Assembly: GCA_024704765.1 (NCBI GenBank)
Contig: JAKMXF010000099.1
Span: 1-64,000, forward strand
DNA: 64,000 bases
Direction of reading: 5' to 3'
Source: Oopsacas minuta
Taxonomy: Eukaryota; Animalia; Porifera
In this document: positions 1-15,000 of the stretch, piece after piece
Layout of the letters: the number at the start of each line of letters is the position of its first letter
Position numbering within the stretch: the first letter of the stretch is position 1
The notes under the pieces: model-generated
Seen by the model: the letters and a program-made list of their open reading frames with translations, nothing else
Database searches by the model: none
Told to the model about the DNA's origin: nothing
Made by a program: the position numbers and the translations under genes

Positions 1-3000
1 GGATTTGGACAACTTACTAATGGAAGATTAGACTTTGTAACGATCAGTGAAAACATATTTTTGTTCACCTCACATACATTAGCTTATGTAGGAGAAGAGA
101 ATATGGCCATTACATGGATATTTTCAGAGAATTCAGATCTATCATCTAGTCAACCAGAAACAGCAACCTATGAGGATATGGAAGCTGGATGGAGTTGGTT
201 AGCAGTTGATATTACCCAGCAAGGTTATTATCAGTGCAAAGCAAATTCAGCAACTTATACGATTGGATTGTTTGATCCATTCTTAACTACAGGTAAGTAG
301 ATTTTTCTGATATTTACTATACTAGCGTACAAGGGCGTTAATCCATGTTTCAAGGTAGGTGGGACGTTTTCATAAAGAATTCTACGAACTCCGAGCGTAA
401 TGAGCAACGGTAGTATGTCTTGGAGAGCTCGTACCTTTCCTCATTATTTCATTCCTAGACGGACAAATATTGATCAACGTATTTTCCTACCACCCAATGG
501 AGCCCGAATTTTTTTTGGTTTATACTAACAATATTTTCTTAAATGAGACTATCCCTGCAAATAGCTATATTAATGTTACCAAATTTAGTGAAAAGTTCCA
601 AAAATCTTCCTACGATTATCTGATTACACTATAAATATTCTTGCCAGTTGACGCACATCAACTTTATCAAGTTTTTCACAATGTACGTGGCAAACTGAGA
701 CACAATTCAATCTGTGCTGGGTCATTGTAGCTCTGAGCCAAGTTTTAAGACGCCTTAAAGCGGAAAAACTGCACTCACACTCGCACGAAGAAACAGGACA
801 CACAAGTAACAACTTCAGTAGAACAACTACCTGTGGAAATAAGGAGCGTACTTCAGGTGTCATACTCCGATAAGACAGTTTTGCGTCACTTAACGTATCT
901 GGCTTGTAGTTATGTTTGAATATCTCTAACTGCATTTGTAGTGAACATTTATCAAGTTCAGGATACTTAGAAATCACATCTAAATCAACTTTTCCAGACG
1001 TTAGCACGTTCTCCAACTTCATGTATTGGGCTAATCCAGATTAGCTAAGATCATAAATGTCTGATAGACCTTTGCTTACAGCATCGATAAATTCAAGATA
1101 CTGCTTCCTGTAATGTTCTTCAGGACTGGCAGGTTGATATTGTGCAACTTGATCAACATATCTTTTTGGAAGGCAACGTCTTCTTGGAATCTCTAGTGGA
1201 TCCAGTTCATATGTTTCACCTTTCTCCTTTGCAGTAATAAATATTTCATGGAACACTTCATCTGAATGCCATGCTCGGATAGACTCAGATGATATTTTTA
1301 CAGTTTCCAGCATTCCAGATACAGTAGCTGATTTTGCTTGCAATACACTATTCAACTGCTCTAGAAGTGCTACTGGCCTAGCTGCTATCATCAATCCAAG
1401 TAATGTCTCGCCTTTCTGAAAACGATTTAGAAGCCCGTTTGCTTTTGTTGCGGNGGTGGGTAATAATATTAGGGTATGATAGAATATGCAAAAGAAATCT
1501 TGATAACTTGAGTATCCTTGGACATAGAAATTCGATTAATATACCATTCAATAGCAAATATGCGACTTACTATTACCAAATAATATATATAAAGGGGCTA
1601 AGTCAAAGGAATTTGAAAATTCGGACAATATAAAATCAATTTTGCGAAAGTGACACAGCAAAAATATACAACCGCAAGGGTCAAATCGAAATATTTTTCA
1701 AATTTAAGTCTCGCATTTTCCTAGAAAATGGTAAAGGCAACTTTTCCCTTAGGTAGAAGTTGAACCGACGATTTATACTTTTCTCGATCCGGTCTACTTA
1801 CCAGATCTATTCCTGAGGACGCCTAGTTCATTTGTCCACTGTAAGGCGTTTCGAACGAATTGACTGGATATACGGCATTTTGCATCACGAGGTTTGAAAT
1901 ATGCGATGCACAGTGAAAGTAGAGCGCTAAGGGCTGACATTGTCTTACTCTTGCCTGACAACGAGTGTAATGGGTACTCATGTTTGCAGCTCCACCGTAC
2001 GTTTGGGCGCGTAGATTGCTTAATGGTAATGCAAACCGAGTTAAGACATCAAATACCATCCTGCAATAGATTCACTGGTAATAGTAGGATTTTCATATAT
2101 ACAGACAAATCTTCGTGTACATGTAGATCGGAGTTAACGTGCTTCAAACATATGGGCTCTTGCTCTCGACCACTAACATCTTGTTTCCCATCAACAGTAA
2201 TGGCAAAACATCCATGCTTTTTGAATGTCACTCACAACCTCTCTTACAATGCAATGACTGAACATTTCCATCATTTCTTCTTGTCCACGAGGAGAAATAA
2301 AATTGGTTGTTCGTTTCAGATAGACCCCTAGATCGGGATCATCTCCTGACCTAAGTTTCAAAAGCTGAAAATAATTTCTAGAAGTCTCATCATGGCCATG
2401 AATTGCATAGCCTTATCTTAGTAAATATTTTATCGAAGTAAATAACTTCAAAAGTGAATTCTTGAAATTTCTTGTTCTTTTAGTTTCTGTGTTTTCATTT
2501 GGACATTTGCAGCGGCCTTTTGATTATGGAAATCTGATTTATTGCTAGTTGGTGTGTGTGTGACATTTAATGTGACCTAAACTTTTAATGGGCCTTCTTC
2601 CAGTTGTCAAATCCATTTCGAATGAATTCTGGATCTTTACATCTGGCTAAATCTATTAATCCTAAGGCACTAGCTTTTGAGCAGTAGAAACACAGAACTT
2701 TTTTCAGACCCGAACTGTAATGTAGCCACTGATATTCTTGATGCCAGTTTCTCTGGAAATGAAGTGATCGTGATGGTAGTAGCTGAACAGGGATGACCGA
2801 TATATCTGGTTGATTTGGCTTACCCAAACTGGTGATGTTGTTTGCATTAGACATACTCGAAACTGATATCGAACTACTTGAACCATGTAAATAACAGGAT
2901 CCAGGTGTAGGGAATTCAGAGGGTCAGGGTCGTCACTGTCCAAATGTTGGGGTGTCTCATCAACGCAAACTGCGATGGAAGAACTCCTAGAACCAGATAT

Positions 3001-6000
3001 CGATTGCTGACGACAGGAATCATTTGAGTGAAAATTAAACTGAAGATCTTGTTCGTCATTTTCTGCTAAGCTAAGTATGACGACACAGGGCACACAGCTT
3101 TGACTTGAACCTGCTATTTCAGCGGTGCTAGACTCTAACGTGGGGTATACTACAGGCTGCTCGGGAATAAGAGAAAGATTAGAGAAAGAACTGGGCTGAC
3201 GATTATGTTCATCACTAACGCTGGCCCGCTCATTCTGCGGGATGTCTTTGAAAAATCTCTTAATTCCAGTCAGCTTTGCCCACTTTGAAATAACATTGTT
3301 TCGAGACATGGGTTTCAATCCGTTTCTTTAAGGAGATAATGGAGTTCTTATCTTGAACGATGGAACGCTAATAGTACATAAAAGGGGTCAAAAAATAAAA
3401 ATGACTGGTGGGGAAAATTTGCATTAAAATATTGAATGAGAATTATTATATCTATCTGTATTATAAACAATTTCAAAGACGAAAAAGTGGCGGGGGGGCA
3501 TTAAAATAGGCGTCTCCTCCAGTCCAAAAAGTGCGGGGACGCGTCCCCAAATCCCCCCAGGATTTACAGCCCTACTAGCGTGCTATACTTGCTCGAAATA
3601 TGCGGCAAAAAATGTTCATATGATTAATTCAAAAGTGTGAAAATTGGATTACGCAAATTTGATATTTTAGCCAAGTTATATAGCATTTTGTTTGCGTTAT
3701 TCATTACACGATAAATTCGTAATTATCAGGATCGCGAAATTCGAAATCATAATAGCATCCTCGAAAACCTTTTCCTTGAAGACGAACAAACAGACAAATA
3801 AACTACAATTGAGAGTTAATATCATAGATATTATCCCACTTGCAATTTCATTGACCGCAAATTCTTCCATTTAGTTGCAGCAGAAACTTCGTACCAATAT
3901 ATAGTTGGAATTGACAGAGAGGATGTATTACTGTTGTGTGATCCAATGGATAGTGGGAGTTTAAGCACATTGAGATGGACACTATTAGGTGGCGGAGAGT
4001 TTCTAAATCCTATCAATATATATAACTCAAGAGCTTATCTACCCGAAGATTCTACAGAATTTACTTGCAAGAGGGGTGCAACAATATTTTCAACAAACAC
4101 CATCAGTGTAATAGGTACATCTTGTATTTTGAATGAAATATTCTTTTGATCACAATTATGGATTCAATTGTTTGTAGCTCCCTCGTTAACTATAAGTTAT
4201 GGTGTTGTACCAGCTGGAAGCGTTTCACTACTCTATCCAGATATGAATACGCTAGCAGTTCCTTCAGTCGTACAAGATGTCACCCTGTCAATCAATATTG
4301 ATGGTAGTTGGACTCTTCAAGACAATACTTACTCTACAGGATCTACTTTAACCATTCCAAATTTTTCATCACAAGAAGATGGATTATACATGTTCTATGC
4401 TAACAATTGGGATAATGTTGTAGTATGTGTCATACAAATTCAATTGACATCTTCAGCTACAGTGACAGGTATGTTATATTATCAATGTTTCCTGAGGAAT
4501 TGTATGTTATCTGCCATACCACTCACATTCGATATATTCTGTTGAAAAGCTTTCGATCCTATCGAAAGTAATCGAATTGAATACAATATATTCCTGTAGG
4601 AACTCCAGATATTGAACTAACATATGACAATTCAGCAATTGGGTTCTTCACTAGCACTGATACAACATGGTTTACTAGTCAACTTGATTGCCTGAACTGG
4701 GGAGGAAATCTTGTTACAATCAAGTCAGCAATAGAAGATAGCTTACTGTTCTATAGTAGTACAGATGTCGATACATACTTTTCATGTTGGATAGGTCTAA
4801 ATGGTATAGAAATTGATGCTGGCATTGATGCCGATGCATTTGTGTGGGTAGATGGTAGTAACAGTACTTATAGGAACTTCGGTACACTTGGACATTCATA
4901 TCCTGTAGCAACAACCACTTGGGACTGTGTCAGAAACAGATATAAATCCACTGGTGAATTATCAACCGGTTGGGCAAATCAAGCATGCTCTGATACTACA
5001 AATTGTTACTTCTGCAGTAAACAAGGTAATTGATATATATCAAAAGGTCTTATTACACATTAGTTACTATAACCGTATTTTCATGCATTTTATCTCTAAA
5101 ATTTATAGTTAACTCACAAGGATGTGATCTGATCTATAATGGATTTTGCTATCGAGCCTTTGAAGTGAGTGATGCTATCAACTGGTTAGATGCACAATCT
5201 AGTTGTGCTTTATGGGGTGGTGATTTGACCAGTATTACTACAGAGAGAGATAGGAATTTCTTATACACTATTATCCCTGATACAGTGAGTAATTGCTGGA
5301 TAGGATTGAATGATAGAGATAATAACGATGGAACATATACCTGGATTGATGGTTTAGTATCTACTTATACTAATTGGCCAAATAGCCCACCAAATACGGG
5401 CAATGAAGACTGTGTAGAAATAACAAGTGCTGGAGGAGGTAGTTGGGAAACCGTGGACTGTGAAACAACCATAAATGCTTTTCTATGTAAAAGAGCTTCA
5501 TCTGTAACAACAGGTCAGTATATATTATTTATACTATAAACGTTAATAATTTGATATTGCATATGTGTATGCTTTAGCTGGTGGAGTATTTGGACAACTT
5601 ACTAATGGAAGATTAGACTTTGTGACAATTCGTGAAAACACATTTTTGTTCACCCCACATACATTAGCTTATGGAGGAGAAGAGAAAATAGCCATTAGAT
5701 GGCTATTTTCAGAGAATTCAGATCTATCATCTAGTCGACCAGAAACGCCAACCTATGAGAATATTGACGCTGGATGGAGCTGGTTAGCAGTTGATATTAC
5801 CCAACAAGGTTATTATCAGTGCGAGGCCAATTCAGTCACATATACGATTGGTTTGTATGATCCAGCCTTGACAATAGGTGAGCAGATTATTTTGATATTT
5901 ATTACACTAGCGTGGTAGGCTTGCTTGCACTGCCCCGCTTGCGAACACTTTGTGTTCGCATTGGACCCGATACTTCGTGCCTCGAATTGAGTAATTTTCA

Positions 6001-9000
6001 ATCTCTCAACATATTCCCAACACGTTGGTGATAATTCCCTATTTGTCATCAGCGTACACGTTTACCCCAGGTTATTGTTTGAAAGCACCTTTCTGGGATG
6101 AATTGGAAATTTGTGTGCTTTCTCCACCCATGATTGTAAGTAGTCACAATAGATAGTTTAAATACTACCCCTAATTCTCTCCTGAGACCAAACCTCTTGA
6201 ATCATAAATATTTTTCTTGATTGCACAATAACTACGCCATTATCCGGATCGCGAAGTTCGAATTCAGAATAGCATTCTAGAAATCGTTTTCCTTGACAAC
6301 AAATGAACAAACAATAATTTAGATTGAATTACATAGATATTATCCCACTTACTAATTTCCTGACATCAAATTCTTCTCTATAGTTGCTGCAGGAGCTTCC
6401 TCATACCAATATTTAGTTGGAATTGACAGAGAGGATGTATTACTGTTGTGTGATCCAATGGATAGTGGGAGTTTAAGCATGCTGAGATGGACTCTATCAG
6501 GTGGCGGAGTGTTTCATAATCCTATCAATATATATAATTCAAGAGCTAATTTACCAGAGACTTCCACAGATTTTACTTGCAAGAGGGGTGTAACTGTATT
6601 ATCAACAAATTCCATCAGTGTAATAGGTACATCTTGTATTTTGAATGAAATATTCTTTTGATCACAATTATGGATTCAATTGTTTGTAGCCCCCTCGTTA
6701 ACTATAAGTTATGGTGTTGTACCAGCTGGAAGCGTTTCACTACTCTATCCAGATGTGAATACGCTGGCAGTTCCTTCAGCAGTACAAGATGTTATCCTGT
6801 CAATCAATATTGATGGTAGTTGGACTCTTCCAGATAATACGGACTCTACAGGATCTACTTTAACCATTCCAAATTTTTCATCACAAGAAGATGGATTATA
6901 CAAGTTCTATACTAACAACTGGGATGATGTAGAAGTATGTGTCATACAAATTCAATTGACATCTTCAGCTACAGTGACAGGTATGTTATATTATCAATGT
7001 TTCCTGGGGAATTGTATGTTATCTGCCATACCACTCACATTCCATATATTCTGTTGAAAAGCTTTCAATCCTATCGAAAGTAATCGAATTGAATACAATA
7101 TATTCCTGTAGGAACTCCAGATATTGAACTAACATATGACAATTCAGCAATTGGGTTCTTCACTAGCACTGATACAACATGGTTTACTAGTCAGCTTGCT
7201 TGCCTGAACTGGGGAGGAAATCTTGTTACAATCAAGTCAGCAATAGAAGATAGCTTACTGTTCTATAGTAGTACAGATGTCGATACATACTTTTCATGTT
7301 GGATAGGTCTAAATGATATAGATGTAGATGCTAGTACTTATGCTGGTGCATTTGTATGGGTAGATGGTAGTAACAGTGCTTATAGGAACTTCGTTTCAGA
7401 AACTGGAATAATAAGTCCCTCAGGAGTTGCTGGTCATGATTGTGTTAGGTTCAGATACATGAATCTAGATGACCTATTATCAGCCGGTTGGATAAATCGA
7501 GCTTGTCAAATAACTAGAAATTGTTACTTCTGCAATAAACAAGGTGAGTGATAATACATAAAATATCTGACTCGAAATTGAGTACTTCAAGATAATACAT
7601 AGAAAATGGGTGAAGCATTGTGACATAGAGTTATGAATTCAATTCCATTCTTATATAATTCACTCAACTAGAAATACGTATTCTCAGAATGTAGTTTCAA
7701 ATTTTTGAATAGGAAACTCACAAGGATGTGATCTTATCTATGACGGATCATGTTATCGAATATTTGAATTGAGTACTGGAATCAACTGGTTAGATGCTCA
7801 ATCCAGTTGTGCTGTATGGGGTGGCGACTTGACTAGTATTACTACAGTGAGAGAGAATAATTACTTATACACTATTATCCCTGATACAGTGAGTAATTGC
7901 TGGATAGGATTGAATGATAGGAATGTAGAGGGAACTTATACCTGGACTGATCGTTCATTGTATAGTCATACAAACTGGACCGGAAGTGAACCAACTGTTA
8001 TTGATGAAGATTGTGTTAACATAATACGAGCTGGAGAGGGTAGTTGGGGGACTGTGGACTGTGAAACAATGAGAAATGCTTTTCTATGTAAAAGTCCTTC
8101 ATCTGAAACAACAGGTCAGTAATCCTGTGCCATTTGGATAATATTATATTTTGAATCAGCTAATTTTTCATATTCTGTTTTAGTTGGAGGATTCGGACAA
8201 CTTACCAATGGAGGATTGGACTTTGAAACAATTCGTGAAAACACTTTTTTGTTCACTTCACGTACATTAGCTTATGGAGGAGAAGGGAATATACCCATTA
8301 CATGGATATTTTCAGAGAATTCAGATTTATCATCTAGTCAACCAGAAACAGCAACCTATGAGAATATGCAAGTTGGATGGAGCTGGTTAGCAGTTGATAT
8401 TACCAAGCAAGGATATTATCAGTGTCAAGTCAATTTAGTAACTTATACGATTGGATTATATGATAATTCATTAACAACTAGTATGTATATCTTTGTGTGA
8501 TATATTCCATATATTATTATTCCACTTACTACTCTACTGACCTTAAATTCTTCCATTTAGTTGCAACAGAAGGTACTCCATATGTATACATAGTAGGGGT
8601 AGACAGAGAGGATGTATTACTGTTATGTGATCCTGTGGTCAGTGGTGATTTAAGTATGCTGAAGTGGTCTCTAACAGGTAGTGGAGATTTCCTGAATCCT
8701 ATCAACATATATAATGAGAGGAATAATTTACCAGAACAATCTACTGGCTTAAATTGTGTGAGAGATTCAAGTATTATATTTTCAAACTTTATCAGCGTAC
8801 AAGGTAACTATTTCATTAATTATTATTCTTTGATTATTTTGATTTTGATACTACAGGGAACATATTTATGCTGACCATATAATGGACTGGCTGTTAGAAA
8901 GAAATGATGCGGAAATCGTATTAGTCTCCATTTGCATGTGTTACATTGTAGGTTCCATTATATCTATATTAATATTGTGTGTTTGTTTTAGTTCCAGAAA

Positions 9001-12000
9001 TAACAATTCAAATTGGTAGCATCAGTGCTATTAAATTCACGGAAGTCTGTCCAGCTATGAATGAAATAGATATTGCATTAACAACAAAAGATATCACTCT
9101 TTCTACCAACATTGATGGGAAATGGAATATTCTTGGAACTACCAACTCTACTGGATCTACTACAATAATTGGTAATTTCATTGAAAGAAATGCTGGATTA
9201 TATAAATTCTATATGAACAACTGGGATGGAGTTGATGTGTGTGCTATACAAGTTAATCTTTCATCTTCATCAGCTATTACAGGTAACAGTTACTTGATAT
9301 TTGTAATTAATTTTATGCTCGCCGAGATTGAATTTGATGATTAACATGATAATAATTTTGTTTGTTAGCAATGAACCCAGAACAAGAATTTATATTAGAT
9401 GATACTACTTTTGGATATTTTACAATTTCCTCTGGGATCAACTGGATAACTGCACAACTCAATTGCATCAACTGGGGAGGAAATCTTGCTACAATCAAGT
9501 CAGCAGAAGAAGACAGCTTATTATTCTATAGCATAACAGATTTAGATAATGCTTTTTCATGTTTAATTGGTCTAAATGATATAGATGTAGATGCTGGTAC
9601 TGATGCTAGTGCATTTGTATGGGTAGATGGTAGTAACAGTACTTATAGGAACTTCCAATCTGATTTTGGAATAGTAAGTCCCTCAGATATGTTGCCTCGT
9701 TATGACTGTGTTAGATTCAGATACCAAGTCGGAGGTGTAGTATCAACCGGTTGGATTAATCGACAGTGTGATGTTACTAGAGTTTGTTACTTCTGCAATA
9801 AACAAGGTAGGTTATTATTGGTGACAATATAATACCTTAATATATGTATCACCTGAATATAATACATCCAGGAATGAAAAGACAAGAAATTAAATTGCTA
9901 AGATGTTTATCCGTCTTTCAACGAAGATTTATTACGTATAATACGTTCAATCTACAATTTATAGTTACGTAACTTCAATTAGGCTAATTTCTATAATATT
10001 ATTTCGCATCAAAACAGTAGTTCTTGAATTGTTAATGACGAATATCAGCATAGTTAATCAACTGATATGATAATATTGTGACTTATACAAGTCGAACAAT
10101 GCCAAAATTTCATATTTCGAGGTTAACCTATACGTATAATACATTACAATACATCGCGTATACCGTATTATACAACTTAGTTAAAAAGACAAGAATAAAT
10201 GTAAATTCATTTCTTATCAATCAACCATACACTAAACATGTATTCTCAAACATATATTTTCTGAATTTGATAGGTAATTCACAAGGATGTGATCTGATCT
10301 ATGATGACTTTTGCTATCGATTATTTGAAGTGAGTACTGGAATCAACTGGTTAGATGCTCAATCTACTTGTGCTGTATGGGGTGGTGATTTGACTAGTAT
10401 TACTACAGTGAGAGAGAATAATTACTTATACACTATTATCCCTGACACAGTGAGTAATTGCTGGATAGGATTGAATGATAGGAGCGTGGAGGGAACATAT
10501 ATCTGGACTGATGGTTCAGTATATAGTCATACAAACTGGACAGGAAGTACATCAACTGTTATTGATGAGGATTGTGTTGACATAATACGAGCTGGAGAGG
10601 GTAGCTGGGGGACTGTAGACTGTGAGGATACTCTAAACACTTTTATATGCAAAAGAGCTTCAACTAGTACTATAACAATAGGTTTGTGACTTTATACTAC
10701 GGATATACATATATTTTAGAAATTTTTCATATTGACAATGTCTACCTTCAGTTGGTAGATTTGGAGAACTCACCAACGAAAGATTTGACTTCCAACTGAT
10801 TAAGTCAAATACTTTCTTGTTCACTTCACTTACATTAGCTTGTGGAAGCAATGAAAATAATGTTATCGTCTGGAATTATTCTGTTAACTCGGATCTATCA
10901 AATGGTGAAGTACTTACAGCAATATATAGTAGTACAGAGAATGGATTGAGCTGGCTGACAGTTGATATTTACAAACAAGGATATTATCAATGTCAAACCA
11001 ATTCATTAACTTTTACTATTGGTTTATATAATACATCCTTAACAACAGGTGAGTATATATTTCTGATATTTTCTATAATATCCCACTACTACTCATTGAA
11101 CTTGAATTCTTCTATTTAGTTGCAGCAGGAGTTTCATACCAATATATAGTTGGAATTGACAGAGAGGATGTATTACTGTTATGTGATCCAATGGATAGTG
11201 GAAGTTTAAGCACATTGAGATGGACTTTATCAGGTGGCGGAGAGTTTCATAATCCTATCAATATATATACTTCAAGAGCTGATTTACCGGAGGCTTATAA
11301 CGAATTTACCTGCAAGAGAGATGCTACTGTATTTTCAACAAATACCATCAGTGTAATAGGTACATCTTGTATTTTGAATGAAATATTCTTTTGATCACAA
11401 TTATGGATTCAATTGTTTGTAGCTCCTTTGTTAACTATAAGTTACGGTGTCGTGCCTGCTGGAAGCTTTCAACTACTCTATCCAGAGATGAATACGCTAG
11501 CAGTTCCTTTAGCAGTAAAAGATGTTATCCTGTTAATCAATATTGATGGTAGTTGGACTCTTCCAGATAATACGAATTCTACAGGAACTACTTTAACTAT
11601 TCCAAAATTTTCATCACGAAACAATGGAATATACAATTTCTATACTAACAACTGGGATAATGTTGAAGTATTTATTATCCAGATAAACCTGACATCTTCA
11701 ACTACACTGACTGGTATGTTATCGCTCAATTGAGACACAATCAGTGAAAATGACTGGTAGTGCAGCTAAGTGATAATTATGTGTTTTGTTCTTTTCATGG
11801 GGGGTGGCACGACCCCTAGACCCTCCCGTATTGATGTCGCAATGCACCAGACTCCTTCCAAATTTGGGCTTAACGGCTGGATCTCAAAAATATTTAAAAC
11901 TATTCAATAATATTTGCCCATGCTTAACTTCATATTTTATCCTCAAACCCTATGGATAAAATTCCATGTAATATTCCCACAATTACCTTCTGTCTAACCT

Positions 12001-15000
12001 TTAAACGGGATCATCGGCACCAATTTAAAATATAAGCAAAAGCCTGCGAAATATTATTCATCATACGATTACTCACTGAATGAGAGATTTGGAAATGTCT
12101 CGAATATACTTCACTAGCAATTACAACGAAATCTCTAGAGTCATTTTGAAAATACAAATTGATGTGGAGTAGGATTAATCATATGCAGAGGCATAGCTAT
12201 CATTTCTTCTTCGGGGTTACGATTGAGGCTGCTGACAATTTATCTGGTATTGCTAGCAACTCCAATAATACTGAATCCACAGCAATGCAGGGGTTGCAAC
12301 TTGAGATGATGACGATCGCGCCGGGGTTGCCAGTAACCCCTTAGCTACTCCAATGATCATATCATCAATCATGTAGATATAGATTTGAAAATTTGAAATT
12401 AGAAATCTACATACTCGGTTACCCTGACTAGCAGGTAAAACGAAATTTGTAGCATAATTTGAAAAATATGCCAAAAGGTGTGAAATATAATAATCATTTA
12501 ATATATCTGTGAATTAGTAGCTCTGAAAATCTCAATATCGGGCTCTACACGCATAATTACCCTTACCAACAGGTTGAGACCTAATCTCTAGCATGAATTT
12601 GAAATTACTTAGAAGGTCTAAAAATATGATTAACTACCAAAAGGTTTGAAATATTAACTTGAAAATATTCATTCTCTGACCCATGATGTATATTTTCGTG
12701 TAAATCTTACTGTTAGATTTCGCACGGCAGCGCAGACGGACGTAAGTACGGACATCGTACATCGTCAAAGCTATTAAGGCATCTGCCTATAGGAGCTGTA
12801 CTAAAAACTCCTACATTGTATCAAATCGAAAAGTTATCGAATTTAATAAAATTTATATTATAGGAATCCCGGATATTGAACTAAAGTACGATAATTCAGC
12901 AATTGGGTTCTTCACTACCACTGATATATCATGGTTTACTAGTCAACTTGATTGCCTGAACTGGGGAGGAAATCTTGCTACAATCAAGTCAGCAATAGAA
13001 GATAGTTTACTGTTCTATAGTAGTACAGATATAGATACATACTTTTCATGTTGGATAGGTCTAAATGATATAGAAAATGATGCTGGTACTGATGCTAATG
13101 CATTTGTGTGGGTAGATGGTAGTAGTAGTACTTATTGGAACTTCGGTACACTTGGACAATCATATCCTGTAGCAACAGCTGCTTGGAACTGTGTCAGAAA
13201 CAGATATAAATCTACTGGTGAATTATCAACCGGTTGGGCAAATCAAGCATGCTCTGATACTACAAATTGTTATTTCTGCAGTAAACAAGGTAATTGATTA
13301 TATCAAAAGATGTGTTACTCCTTAGTTACTATAACGGTATTTTCTGGTATTTGATCGCATCTGAATTTGTAGATAACTCACAAGGATGTGACCACATCTA
13401 TAAAGGATCATGTTATCGACTATTTGAAGTGAGTATTGGAGTCAACTGGTTAGATGCTCAATCTAGTTGTGCTGTATGGGGTGGTGACTTGACTAGCATT
13501 ACCACACAAAGAGAGAATAATTACTTATACACTATTATCCCTAATACAGTGAGTAATTGCTGGATAGGATTGAATGATAAGAGTGTAGAGGGAACATATA
13601 CTTGGTCTGATGGTACAACAGTTAGTTATGCAAACTGGACAAATCTCCCAACTACTGCTGGTGATTGTATTGAGATTAAAACAGATGGAGGTGTTAGTTG
13701 GGAAACTGTGAACTGTGAGGATGCTCTAAACACTTTTGTATGCAAAAGAGCTTCAACTAGTACTGTAACAATAGGTTTGTGACTGTATACTACGGATATA
13801 CATATATTTAGGAATTTTTCATATTAACAATATCTACCTTCAGTTGGTAGATTTGGAGAACTCACCAACGAAAGATTTGACTTCCAACTGATTAAGTCAA
13901 ATACTTTCTTGTTCACTTCACTTACATTAGCTTGTGGGGGGGAAGAAAGTAATAATATCATATGGAATTTTTCTCAAAACTCAGATTTATCGAATGGTGA
14001 AGTCCTTGCAGCAACATATTGTAGTACTGAAAATGGATTTAGTTGGTTAGCAGTTGATGTAAATAGACAAGGTTATTATCAGTGCCAAGCAGATTCATCA
14101 ACTTATATTATTGGTTTATATAATACATCCTTAACAACAAGTGAGTATATTATTCTGATGTTTTCTACCTACGTATTCCACTTACTAATTCATTGACTTC
14201 AAAATCTGTAATTTAGTTGCTGCAGGAGCTTCCTCATACCAATATATAGTTGGAATTGACGGAGAGGATGTATTACTGTTGTGTGATCCAATGGATAGTG
14301 GGAGTTTAAGCACATTGAGATGGACTCTATTAGGTGGCGGAGAGTTTCTAAATCCTATCAATATATATAATTCAAGAGCTAATTTACCAGAGACTTCTAC
14401 AGAATTTACTTGCAAGAGGGGTACAACTGTATTATCAACAAATTCCATCATTGTAATAGGTACATCTTGTATTTTGAATGAAATATTCTTTTGATCACAA
14501 TTATGGATTCAATTGTTTGTAGCTCCCTTGTTAACTATAAGTTACGGTGTTGTACCAGCTGGAAGTGTTTCACTACTCTATCCAGAGGTGAATACGTTAG
14601 CAGTTCCTTCAGCAGTACAAGATGTTATCCTGTCAATCAATATTGATGGTAGTTGGACTCTTCCAAATAATACGGACTCTACAGGATCTACTTTAACCAT
14701 TCCAAAATTTTCATCACAAAAAGATGGATTATACAAGTTCTATACTAACAACTGGGATAATGTAGAAGTATATGTCATACAAATTCAATTAACATCTTCA
14801 ACTACAGTGACAGGTATGTTATATTATCAATGTTTCCTGGGGAATTGTATGTTATCTGCCATACCACTCACATTCCATATATTCTGTTGAAAAGCTTTCG
14901 ATATTATCGAAAGTAATCGAATTGAATACAATATATTCCTATAGGAACTCCAGATATTGAACTAACATATGACAATTCAGCAATTGGATTCTTCACTAGC

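Noticed and set aside
1454-1454. Ambiguous base N
   Set aside because: A single uncalled base inside the decayed hAT; no biological meaning can be drawn.
10078-10273. N-terminal extensions and C-terminal tails of many track ORFs (e.g. 10078, 5030, 13294, 16133-16774, 28152)
   Set aside because: Intron read-through in AT-rich sequence; true boundaries are the AG/GT sites shared across paralogous exons.
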